A program made the position numbers and the translations under genes. Positions 44,661-59,567 of a DNA stretch of 64,000 bases are shown piece by piece (the first letter of the stretch is position 1; each line of letters opens with the position of its first letter). The notes under the pieces were generated by a model. That model saw only the letters and a list, made by a program, of their open reading frames with translations, ran no database searches and was not told the origin of the DNA. The DNA comes from the human T2T-CHM13v2.0 reference genome, Homo sapiens: NCBI RefSeq assembly GCF_009914755.1, contig NC_060925.1, one strand, 5' to 3'.

Positions 44661-45164
<504 letters not shown>

Positions 45165-45224
45165 TAACCAGTTTTTTCATAGCCAGTGAACTTCAGGTGC
45201 TCACTTAAGAGCCTCCAAGTTAAG

Positions 45225-45568
<344 letters not shown>

Positions 45569-47071
45569 TCAGCTGTTTTCATTAAACCAACAACATTCAT
45601 TAGTCTTACTTATCAAAAAATTTGCACAAAGATCATTTGGTTTGGGCTGGGTTTATAGTTTTATAACCTTCTATGCCAAACTCTGACGCCTCAAACTATG
45701 TAACAGAGACAAATATAAAATCCAGACAGAAATGTATGCTGACAATTCTGAAGACATTTATATTTTCATTTTACCAATAATTTTAAAACCAGTGTGTTTA
45801 GTAAAGATTTACTTAAGTCATGTGAACTTGAAAATTGCTTAGACTTATTTGCTTAATTTATGAGTGCTCTTATAAGCCAACACAACATATAACAGTAAGT
45901 GTACATACAAATAAACACATCTAGGTATGTAGACACATACACAAGCGAAAATTCAATAGCTTATACCTTGGAACTTTACCCATGCCATAGCAATACAAAC
46001 TCACCGGCTTTACATGGTTACACTTTGTTTGCCCTGATAGGTAATCCAACAAAGGCTATGAGCCAAAATTTTGGGTAAAGCAGTTTTCATGGCAGTTTGA
46101 TTTTTAAGGGCCAAACCTCCCCAGACTCCAAAGAACACTGGGGCTAAACAGCACCAAAGGAAAACATTACATATTAACTAGGCCCGACTCTGCTTAAAAC
46201 AGCAGAACAAAAGCCTGGATACATGCAACTCCATCCCACGTTCCCATTCAACAGCAAACTCCAGATTCCAAACAATTTTGGGGCCAAAGAGTATTGCAAA
46301 AGATTACCAAATTAAATTCTAATTCCTCATGCCTATATCAAATACACACAATCACCAGAACACTATCCAACTACTGCAGCAACAGACAAGCCCTTAGTGT
46401 CCAAACTGAAAAGTCAGGGTGCTTCCTCTCTCTTCTGTGTTTGGGCTTGATCAACCAGCAAATGGGAATTCCTTAAGGAATTTCCCAAATTGAGAGGAGC
46501 TGACCCCGCCATCTGCTACCCAAAAAAGACGCTCACTTGCCGGGACATAACACACAAGTACAAACAAGTCCCCAAGAGTGTCCATCCTGAAACAGTCATG
46601 GTGCTTCCCTCTCGGTCAGTTGGGCTTGTTCCGTCTACAAATGGAAATTCCTTTAAAAATTTCCCAGATTGAGAGGAGCAGATCCTGCTGTCTGGACCCA
46701 CAAAGGACACTCACCTATCTAGGTGCCTAGCTTGAGTCGGAGGCTCTGTCTAATCAACTATAGCTGCAGTGGTGGGTCAGAAAACATAATCTGGTCGTTG
46801 GGATTCTTCCTTGCAGTGAGGATGGTCATGGTGAATGGGACCAATACTCCAAAAGATGTCTATCTCAGGGAACTATCACTCACTGAGAAGGGAGTGGGTG
46901 CCTGGAGGCATTGGAAGCCTGTAGGTGCTATGCCTTATGCCCATTGTTCCCTGAGACTGTCCTCAGGACGGAAAGAACAGTGCCTCTCCACTTAACACTA
47001 TATCTCCAGCACCCCCACAACACCTGGTCCACAGGAGGGATACGATCAGTGGATGCTGAATGGATTCATTC

Positions 47072-48060
<989 letters not shown>

Positions 48061-48764
48061 GGGAACATGGCAGAAGCTGGGAGACAGCCCCACAGCCTCT
48101 GTGTTCTCCCCACAGTACTCCCATTCACCACCTTCTTGTGGATCTGCGGGTGGTTCGTCCGCACCTTCCGCTTTGTGCCCACGGCCACCTCCTCCTCCTG
48201 ACCTTCACCGTCACCAATCTGAATTACCCCAACAACCTCTGCTTTGGGGACAGAGTTCAACAGCCCTGTGAAGAGCCTGCCTTTCCACTTGACTCCAAGT
48301 TACTTGATAAGACCCAGAACTAGAATAGAGACTTGCCCAATCAATGTTTAAACCAACGAAGCTTTTAGGTGTTGTTTCTCCCATCCAAAAATTTCCCTTC
48401 AAACCCCTAAGGGAAGGGGTAAAGGAAGGAAAATTTCATGGGTCCCCTGCTGCAGCTCTGCCTGGGACAGCTGGCCCATGGGTCTGGCTGGGACTGGACC
48501 TGGGGACCAGGGTGGGTAAATAAATGTCAGATGTGTGCAAGAGGAATCTGCAGCCAGCAAGCCCTGTTGGGCCCCTGGCTCCCCTGCTCCTCTGAGTCAA
48601 GCCCCTTTATTATAAAGGGGATACCTTTATAATGCTTTGCAAATTGGCAGGATGAACACCTGCAATGCCACACCACTGTCTCCCCACCCCACTCCGCCCA
48701 ACCATCCTCCTGATCCAGACTGCACTGACCTTTTTCTGAGGGAAAGGACATCTAAAGCCATGCC

Positions 48765-49521
48765 ATCCAGTAAGGACACAGCCACATGACAGATGTGGTG
48801 CCTGGGCATTTGCAGTGTGGCTGGGATAAATGAGATGCTCTGTAAGTATAAAATAATACCTACCAAATTTTCAAGACTTTTGGTTCACGCCTGTAATCTC
48901 AGCACTTTGGGAAGCCAAGGCAGGAGGATCGCTTGAACCCAGGAGTTTGAGAACAGCCTGGACAACATAGCGAGACCCCCATCTCTATTTTTAAAAATAA
49001 AAATAAAATACCCTGTACAAAATAAAACTGTAAAATAGCTCATCAATAACATATATAAAAATGTGTTTTGGAATTAAAATGTATTAATTTAAATGTATTA
49101 ATCTCATGGGTTTCTTTTTCATTTTTGAATGCAGCTATTAGAAAAGTTTAAATTATATATGTAGCTCACGCTATATTTCTTTTTTCTTCCCCGTGCCCCA
49201 GCCCCCGCCCCCAGACGGAGCCTTGCTCTGTCACCCAGGTTGGAGTGCGATGGCACAATCTCGCCTCACTGAACCTCTGCCTCCCAAGTTCAAGCAATTT
49301 TCCTGCCTCAGCCTCCTGAGTAGCTGGGATTACAGGGGCCTGCCACCATGCCTGGCTAATTTTTGTATTTTTAGTAGAGACGAGGTTTCACCACATTGGC
49401 CAGGCTGCTCTTGAACTCCTGACCTCGTGATCCGCCCACCTCAGCCTCCCAAAGTGCTGGGATTACAGGCGTGAGGCACCATGCCCGGCGGCTCAGGCTA
49501 TATTTCTAGCGGACAGGGCTG
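48765..49521. mobile_element. MER33-like hAT element carrying an Alu monomer (about 48880-49010, +) and an AluS (about 49180-49490, -)
   Basis: MER33-like end ttaaattatatatgtagctcac...ggacagggctg; Alu TSD gctca(c/g)gctatatttct. Confidence 0.65.
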
Positions 49522-50479
49522 TTCTAGAATTATGACTGGCCTCCAGTCATCTCCGCAGAACAAAGCAAAGAGATGCGAAAGCAGGTCGAGCACCATTATT
49601 TTGTGAACTGATAATAACAAGATAAGGGTGATCTTGTTTTTCTTTTCTAGTTCATACACATCAGGAGGAGAAAGCAAGAGACATCACAGGGGCTGATCCA
49701 GGAGATGAGGGACAGCCTACAACAGCTCCAGCCAGCCTGCCCTTCACCAGTCCGGAGGGTGGTGTGTGTGTGGTGCCAGATTTGCCTATTAGAAGCTCCC
49801 ACCATGTCCCTATTAAACTTTAGAACCCTCCATGGGCCCCTTACACAGCCCAAGTGCCTCACTATGGGCCTTCAAGACCCTGAACAGCCTGAGCCAAACT
49901 TGTCTTTCCAGCTTCCTCTCACATGCTTCCTGCTCAAAACCCCCACAGCTGTCAGTTCATGCTATCATTTAGTCTGCTAATCAATCATTCAACAAATATG
50001 TATTGATTACGTCCTACATACTAGCTACTGAAGTCATGATGATTAGCAAAAGAGGCACTGTCCGTCTGCTTGCTGGGGACCACACATCTAGCAGGGAATG
50101 ACAGGTAAATACATAATAGGCAATTAAGCATATTGCAGTAAGAGTAGTTGTTGGGGAAGCACAGGGGCCATGGGTGCACCAAAGAGGCACCTCTAAACCA
50201 GCCTGCAAGTCAGGGAAGGCTTCCTGGAGGAGGTGGCATCTCAGTTGAAGAATGCAAGTTGCCCAGACTGAGGCTGGGGAGTGGCAAATATCCCAGGCAA
50301 GGGAGAACTCTTGAGTTCAAAAACTGGAAGGGCAGAGAGGAGGGCAGGGTGCCAGTGGCAAATGACTGGCCTGGTGTATATGGCAGGGGCTTTATGAGCC
50401 TTGTGAAGGAGTGTGGCATTTCTTCTGAAGTGTTTATTCTGGGAGTTCCTGTCTCCTGCCTGAAAGGCCTTCACCCCTC

Positions 50480-50592
50480 CTCCCTGTTCACTCAAATCCT
50501 GCTTCCCCAGTAGGATCCAGTCTGTGGGGCTCATTTGAGGGAGAATGAGCACGGGGCTTTTGGAGGCTGCAGCCTAGGGCCAAGGGATGGAG
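50480..50592 (+). other. TMEM125: Candidate upstream non-coding first exon of TMEM125 (5' end approximate)
   Basis: GAG|GTACTG donor followed by a G-run-rich intron; the start site cannot be read from sequence. Confidence 0.35.
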
Positions 50593-50595
50593 GTA

Positions 50596-50980
50596 CTGGG
50601 GCTGTGTTTGGGGGTCCGCTGATGTTGGAATTTGGGGCTAAAGCTGGGTTTGAGGTTGGCGTTGGGTTTGGGGGCTGGATTCAGGAACAGGAGTCGAGGT
50701 TCGGGCTGAGCGTGAGGTTGGGATCTAGGACCTTAGTCCAGAATTTGAGTTGGAGTTAGGAGTTGGGGGCTGAGGTTTCTAGCCAGATTAGGGGTTGGAT
50801 TTGGAGTTGGGACTGGAATTGAATTTGGAAATGGGGCTGGGGGTTGGGGCTGAGATGTGACGCAGGAGCTGGGGCAGGGGTGGAAGCTGGGAGTTCTAGC
50901 TAGGGTTTGCAGCTGCAGCTAGAGTTAGGGGTTGGTTTTGAAGCTGGAGCTAAAGCTAAATCGGGGTCGGAGCTGTGGAA
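50596..50980 (+). repeat. Degenerate G-rich hexamer repeat (GGRGYT-like)
   Basis: Runs such as ggggtt ggattt ggagtt gggact ggaatt gaattt ggaaat ggggct. Confidence 0.75.
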
Positions 50981-51120
50981 TGGGTTGGCGCCCAGGCTCT
51001 GGGGCAGATAGACGACATTCCTCCTGCTGCCCAGGTCTGCGAATTGTGTTCCGAGCCCTAACTGCAGCGGACAGAAGCCCCTCCCTTCACAGGAATGCCT
51101 CAGCCCAGCAGAAGGAGCAG

Positions 51121-51300
51121 TGCCACGTCAGCCAATCGGCTCAGGCCCTGCCCTGGAAACGACACCTGTTCATCCTCCTCCCGGCAGGCTCACCTGAGTG
51201 CAGGTTAGGCAGGTGAAGTGTCTCCCCGGAAACCAAGCTAGAGTGCCCCACCTGCTCGGCCCTGCCTTCTCGGATCGGATCCAGCACATCCAGGCTTCTC
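51121..51300 (+). promoter_or_regulatory. TMEM125: TMEM125 promoter and 5' non-coding exon ending at CTC|GTGAGT
   Basis: GCCACGTCA next to CCAAT at 51122-51136, several CACCTG/CAGGTG E-boxes, local CpG enrichment, donor at 51300/51301. Confidence 0.6.
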
Positions 51301-52690
51301 GTGAGTTCCCCCATTGTCCCCCAACGCCCCACCGCCCCCATGTTCTCCCACTCGCTTCTCCCCTGAGAACCTCCACCCCGCCCCCAGCCTGACACCCGTT
51401 GTCTCAGCACACCTGTGCAAGCATTTTCAGACCAACGAAGTCACAGCCCAGGGGAATGCTGGGACTGACTCCACGGCCACGCCCACCTCCCCCACTTCCT
51501 TGAGAGCATCGGCACCAGCCCCCGCCCACCTCGGGGGTAGGGGTCAGCCTCTGCAGAGGAGTCTCCGGGAGGACAGATACCTCGTCAGGATGTAACCTGT
51601 GCACGGCCACATAGTAATATTCCCAGAATGACCCAGGACCTACGTCTTCTGCCCTGTCCTGCCTTGGAGGGGTAACATCGTTTTCATGTATTCAAAAAGC
51701 ACGCTTTGAGCATCTATGCAGGCTCTAGGCCCCACTGGAATTCTGAAACGAAGATGTCAGGTGACTCATCCCCACCCCTCAAGATAAATGTTATTGTCTT
51801 CACTTTTCAGACAAGGAGACTGAGGCTCTAAGAGACGAACCATTCAGGCTTCCTGGCCCCTCCCCCAGACCCCTCTCCTGGGCTCTGCAGGGCTCTGGGC
51901 TGACTAACCCACACCCACACTTAGCACAGGCACTGGCCTGCTTGCTTCTGTCTCTGTCTTCTGCTGCAGACTGGGGCTCCTTGAAGGCAGGGACCTCATG
52001 TGCTTTATTTTTGCCCAATGTGAGACATGCTTTCCTCTGGAGGACAGGTTAAATCAGCAGCCACTGTTAGGTGCCTGGCCATGTTCCTACCGGTGGGAAG
52101 GACTGGAGCTGGGGTTCAAATCCAGAGCCCTCCTTTTTCCTTTGCTCCACTTTAGAGAAATCGTGGAGGAGGATGGCATGGGGGAATGGCGAGTGTGGAG
52201 AAGAGCAAGGGGAGCAGAAAGACCAGTGAGGAGGTGGAGGCGGGAGCCAAGGATACGAGAGCAGGGAACTGGCTAGAGAAATGTTTAGAGGTGGAGCCCC
52301 AGGGACAGGACGTGGATTAGATACAGCAGAGGGAGGAGGAGCTGGCTGAGAGGGCAGTGATGCCATGCCTGAAGTGAGGAACGCAGAAGGAACAGGTTGG
52401 AGTAAGACAACGAGCTTGGGTTGGGACCTGTTGCATCACAGGGACATCAAGGTGACAATTGACTCAGGACGGAGATGTAGGTTGGAGAGAGGAATTTGGG
52501 AACTGGCAGCTTATATTACCAAACTCATGGCTGTGAGATTGGATGGGATGTTAGGGGAGGGAGGGTGTTAGGGGTCTGGTCCTAACCCACAGAGAAGGAG
52601 GAGACACAGCCCTAAAAGAGAAGTGTCAAGGTCAGTCAGGCTTCTGGTTCCAGAAGGGTTAAGTCATAAGCGCCCCCTCCATCCCCACAG

Positions 52691-52846
52691 CTCCTCCCGA
52701 GGAACCAGTGGTGACAGCTGAGGCCATGTGAGTAGGATCCTGAATGAGGCTTTATCTCTGGCTGTTCGTCCCATCGTCCACCGTGGCACCAGCTCCCTCA
52801 GCCAGCCGGGATGGGACCAGCGACTGAGAGAGCCAGAGGCAGAGAG
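52691..52846 (+). other. TMEM125: TMEM125 5'UTR exon (inferred)
   Basis: atccccacag acceptor, GAG|GTCAGG donor; next acceptor tccttcccctacag at 53084 opens the coding exon. Confidence 0.6.
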
Positions 52847-53211
52847 GTCAGGGCCTGGGTGAGGGGATTCCCTGGAGGGTTTTAGGGGGTACCCTATGGG
52901 CAGGGTACTCCCCTGGGGTCATTGGAGAGCCATTCCCAAGGGACAGTACTGCAGAGGGGGCTATCCCAGGGGAGATTCGGGGGAACACTGGGGTGGATTC
53001 TCAGGGATCATCCCCAAGGCTCCCAGGTGGGACCGTGGGGGACAGGTGGGCTGGGAAGGTAAGACTGTGATCCTTCCCCTACAGGTGAGGGTGACCATAT
53101 CCTGGACTGTGAGAGGAATGGGACTCTGGGCCTGTAGCTGCCAAGCAGGTGGCAGGTGCTCCAGGCTGTGATCTGCACCCTCTGACCCCTGACATTGACC
53201 TCCTACCCTGA

Positions 53212-53889
<678 letters not shown>

Positions 53890-54475
53890 CGGAGCCAGAG
53901 CCGTCCTTCTTCTCACAGCGGCCTCAGCGTCCCCAGAGCCGAGCCAGGGTGTGAGTGCATGTGAACGTTGAGTACACATGAGTGCGTGTATGCCCCCAGG
54001 CTGGGTCAGCTCTTCTGTGGATTGCATGGCGTGTGATTAAAAGCCCATGTGTTCCCACACATCCACATCATGGGAAGGTTAATGTGTGCCTCCTTGGAAC
54101 TGGGTGTTGGTGTCCATGGAACTTCCTCTCTGTATCTCAGGTCAGTAGGCGCAGAAACGCCTCATGATGAAGATTCTTGAGCCCCATTTCCAAGACCCCT
54201 CACATCCAATCCTGTCCTGTAACATCCATCAAGGATTTCCATAGGGGTGACTGGTGCCCACCCAAGACTGCACCAGTGCCTGCTCATTGAGGAGAGTAAC
54301 TGCTGGCCAGGCAGAAAGAATATGGGCTCTGCAATGAGACAGACCTGGAGGGGACTCTCCCGTTGAGCACTAGCAGCTGGAGGAGTTGGGAGTTCATGGC
54401 TATCATGGTTGTGTTAATCGATTGTGGGGATGAAATGTCATTGTGTATGGAAGGCGGGGCTCATGGCTGATTGGC

Positions 54476-54481
54476 AATAAA
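54476..54481 (+). terminator. TMEM125: TMEM125 polyadenylation signal (an ATTAAA at 54036-54041 is a possible proximal site)
   Basis: First AATAAA after the stop codon, followed by GU-rich sequence. Confidence 0.75.
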
Positions 54482-56158
54482 ATGGCGGCTGCCGTTGTCA
54501 TTGTCTCCATCTCAGGATCTCACCTCAGAGACCCTTCCTCCCCTACCCCAAGCCCCGCCCCATCCAAAGCAAACTCCTCACTCCTATCTCAGCCTCATAA
54601 ACCGTGCCTTGAGGGTCTCCTCAGTCAGGCCTGTGGTTTCTCCTCTTAGGTAGGGAGAGGACGGAGTGGATGCCAGCCTTGGGAAGGTGGTCGGTTTCCA
54701 GTCCCAGGGAGAGGTGAGGGACCTGAGTCCTTCGCATTTGCTCACATGCTAGTTCAATATGAGGCCTTAAGTGTTTGGTGTTATCAGCTGGTTTCTCTGG
54801 CAACTGCACCTCCCTTCGGTTGTGCCTCTTCAGCGGATTCCCTGAGGGTGGTTGGGAGGCTACAGCTCCCTGCCCCACCTCTGAAACCAGAACATCCCAC
54901 GTCTGGGCAGTGGCTGCACCAGCTGGCCTGCTCTAGGTTCCTGGGCATGGGAGAGGTGTTTCAAATCCCCTAGGGTGGTGAGAGTCACTTCCTGCTTGGA
55001 GTCAGCCCTGGGAGGATCTCCCCTCTGTAGCATGCAGTGCCATTTCCTGGCTGATGGTGAGCCACGGGAAGCAGCACTCAAGTGTTTCATCACTTCCTGC
55101 TTCTCGAGGTGCAGACTGCATGAAGCCCGTGGAAGATGCCCAGAAAAGCAGGGAAATGAGACCTGTCTCCAAAGAAACGTTACAGTAGAACTACAGAGGC
55201 TCTGACAACAAAAAGTTGGCTTTCAGCAGAAAAGGTCAAGGATGTCTCCTGGAGAAAACACGGGGCTGACAGATGAGGGGAAGAGTGTTGCCAGTGGAGG
55301 GAGGGAACAGCGTGAACAGACCTGGGAGAGAAAGACAAGGCGTGTCCCAGAACGCCAAGGACAACAGAAATGGCTCCCCTGGGTGCTCCAAGGGTGCCTC
55401 ATACCCACCATATTCAAAACTGACCCTGCTCCTCTCATCTTGAATGAGCTCCTCTCTCTCACCCGGAGGTGCCACGCTCAGGGGGCATCTAGAGTAGAGA
55501 CTCGGTGCAGTGCTAGTTGGCACCGTCACTGTCTCCTCACCCAAGTCCACTGACAAATCACCAACTCCTCTGGTTTCCCTCACACAGATTTGTCTGACAA
55601 TCCATATCTTCATGCTCACTGCCCAGAAGGGACCCTCTTCATTCCTGCCTGAGTGGCACATCGGCCTCCTCCTCTCTCCCTGCTTCTGCTCTTTTCTCTT
55701 CATTCCCCTTCCCCCTGCCATGCACACACACATCCCTTGAGCCAGAGTGATCATCCTAAAGCTAAAACGAAAATCTGCCTCAGAGCCTGTCTGTGGCTGC
55801 CCATACCTCAGCCTTCCCAAGTGCTGGGATTATAGGCGTGAGCCACCACACCCAGCCGACATAGAGTAGGTTCTTTATTGGATGGATGAAGGACTCCGGC
55901 ATGGCCAGATGGCAATGAGTGTGCAAGGAGCAAGGAGAGACCCACCTATAGCTGGGAGGGGATAGGGAAGGTAGGCCACTGCCCCTGTTGGCCCTGAATC
56001 TGTCCCTCCCAAAGCCCCCTGCTCTCTACCTCAGTTCTCACTCTTCCTGAGTTCCCAAGGGCAATCTATCACTATGACCCACTCCTGGCCTGATATGGGA
56101 CTACAGAATGTCCTGCTTTCCTGTAATATGGGGAGAAATACCCTTTCCTTTCATCTGA

Positions 56159-56436
<278 letters not shown>

Positions 56437-57030
56437 TAAGCATCTGACTGAGCAGCTGCCGTGGGTGAGTGGGTGAGCACCAGGCTCTCCTGGGAAGGAC
56501 GGGAGATGGAGACTAGGGCTCATGGCCCCAGGGCACTGATCCCATAGGGTAATGGACACCCAACTGTAACAGGAGACAGGTGATGGTACCAGCTAGGTAA
56601 AGCACGGGCAGGGAAGAAATGTGTCTACCTCCTCAATCACTGAAGTAGGCTTCCCACAACCTCTTGCCTGCAGCCTGCTCAAATCATTTCACTGAATACT
56701 TTCTTTGCCTCCATTGCAACCAGAAGCCCACTGGCATCTCCGTTCTCCCTCTGTAAAGCTGCTGCCTCCTGACTTCACTGCCCCCTCCTGCCCACCCCCT
56801 TACCATCTAGTTAAGGTTCTGTGGCCATCATTTCACCTGCTCTTTGAGGGACTTGTCAAGTCCTTAGCCCTCTGCCCTTGGGTCCCACCCTCCCAGCCAA
56901 ACCCCCTCCATAGACAAATCCATCCATCTGCCTTGGATGCGCCCGCCCCACTGTGAGTGGCCATTAGAGAAATCTGTACAGCCAGACAGCCTGCTGTCAC
57001 TGCGAACTCCTCTATCAAGTTCTCAGCTGA

Positions 57031-57165
57031 GGCCAGGCACGGTGGCTCACGCCTGTAATCCCCGCACTTTTGGAAGCTGAGGCGGGTGGATTGCTTGAGC
57101 CCAGGAGCTCAAGACCAGCCTGCGTAACATGGCAAAAACCCCGTCTCTACCAAAAATACAAAAAA
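57031..57165 (+). mobile_element. Free left Alu monomer (FLAM-C-like)
   Basis: Perfect 14-bp TSD aagttctcagctga on both sides. Confidence 0.88.
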
Positions 57166-58486
57166 GAAGTTCTCAGCTGAATCTGCACTGCGGCTCCTCA
57201 GTGACACTGCCTTTTCCTGGTTGGCTCCTGCTCCTACCGTGACTCTGAAGTTCTCTCCACCCTCTTCACCACCCCCAACCCCCACATCCTCCCACCCCAA
57301 ACACCACTCTCAGCAAAAGACAGCCTCCTCTCTTCATGAGAAGGCGAGAGCCCGTGACAGGAGCCCCTCACCACGGCCCCCACCAAATCTATCCTCACTT
57401 ACTCCTACTTGTCCAATGGCCTTGGCAGCCCAGCAGAGGAATTTGGACTTTGTCCTCAGGACACTGGAAAACATGGAAAGACTTTCGCCAGGGGAGTAGG
57501 GTACTGTGGCCAGAATAGGATTTGGGACTTGCTGGCTGCGGTGTGGAGCCAGGGATTGGCCTTAGAAGAAAAAGAATGAGAAGAAATGGCCAAACAGCCC
57601 GTCTCGGCTGGCCACTGAGGGACGAGAAGAAGTTGGCCCAGCTAGAGAGGTTAGGAAGAGTATCCCAGAAAGAAGGAATAGCACAAAGAAGGGTCCAGAC
57701 CTGGAAATCTAAACTGGCATTGGATGAAGGAAAAATCCAAAACAAGGGCTGATGGAGAGACAGCACAGCCTTGTCTGGACCTAGAGGCTCCCATCGGTGG
57801 CAGTGAGGTGGAGAGAGGAGCTTGACACATGTCCCTCCTGGGTTTAACATTCAAACTCTAGGTTCTCAGCCATGTCCCTTCATATCTGAGACTGGAAGAA
57901 TATGCTCTAGAAACTGCCAAATCTGGTCCAGTCCAGGTGGTCCTCACATCACATCCAGTCACATCTCACAGGAGACCTTGGGCCTCTGGACACTCAGGTC
58001 TCAGACCTTGGAGGAGCTTCCTCCAGGCCCCAAGGGACCTGCACATGCCCCGTCATACTCAGCTCATGCAGGAGCACAAGGACAGGGGCTGCCTTCCTGC
58101 CTTTTGCAGGGGACCTGTGAGACTCCCCTGGGCATAGCCCTGGCAGCCACCCCAGATACCTGGAGGGCAATAGAAGCTGAGGGCCAGGCCTGGCCAGAGA
58201 TGGGACACACCAGCTCTACCCTCATGACCTGCTCTCCCAAAACTGGACCTTGTACCCTGGGACTTCTCAGCCGCTATTCACTGTAGAGGGTAAAGGTGGG
58301 AGGACCCAGCCCAGGCAAGATGAGAGTCCAACAGCCGAGACAGTCCTTCTCTGAGTCTATTTCATCGTTACTTCAAGGTGAGATAATGGTGTTATTGCGG
58401 AGTGGGCAAATTGCAGTGAACTTGTTTGAGCCTCATCTTCTCAATCTATAACATGGATTAAGCAGGGCTGTTGTAAGAAAATGCTA

Positions 58487-58785
<299 letters not shown>

Positions 58786-59197
58786 AGTGCTAGAACAACA
58801 TCAGTACTATTATTCTACAGCATCAGAGATTCTATTTCAAACCCTTTGCTGTCCTGACCAGATCTTCCAACCTAAGTCCTGAGAAAGAGACAGTCAAATC
58901 CCCAGCGGGAAGGGAATGAGGAGGAAGGAGATGGGGCAAGCGTCTCCCTCAGAATGAACACAGGTTACCTCTTATGAGGAGCTGTTGCCCTCGGGGTGCC
59001 CGCAAGGATATCACTAACACTGCAGAGCACTTGCTCCGTTCCACTTGGCATAGACTCATTTAATCCTGCTAACAACCTTATGAGGTAAGTACTGTTGTAA
59101 TCCCCATTTCACTGAGAAGTTGGGTCACTGAGAGGCTAAGTAACTTGCCCAAGGTCTCCCAGCATACATGGCCGAGCCAGGATTTAAATTCAGGTAA

Positions 59198-59567
<370 letters not shown>

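Noticed and set aside
50596-50980. Interstitial telomeric repeat or Pro/Asn-repeat coding exon
   Set aside because: Very few true TTAGGG units, and indels break the hexamer frame
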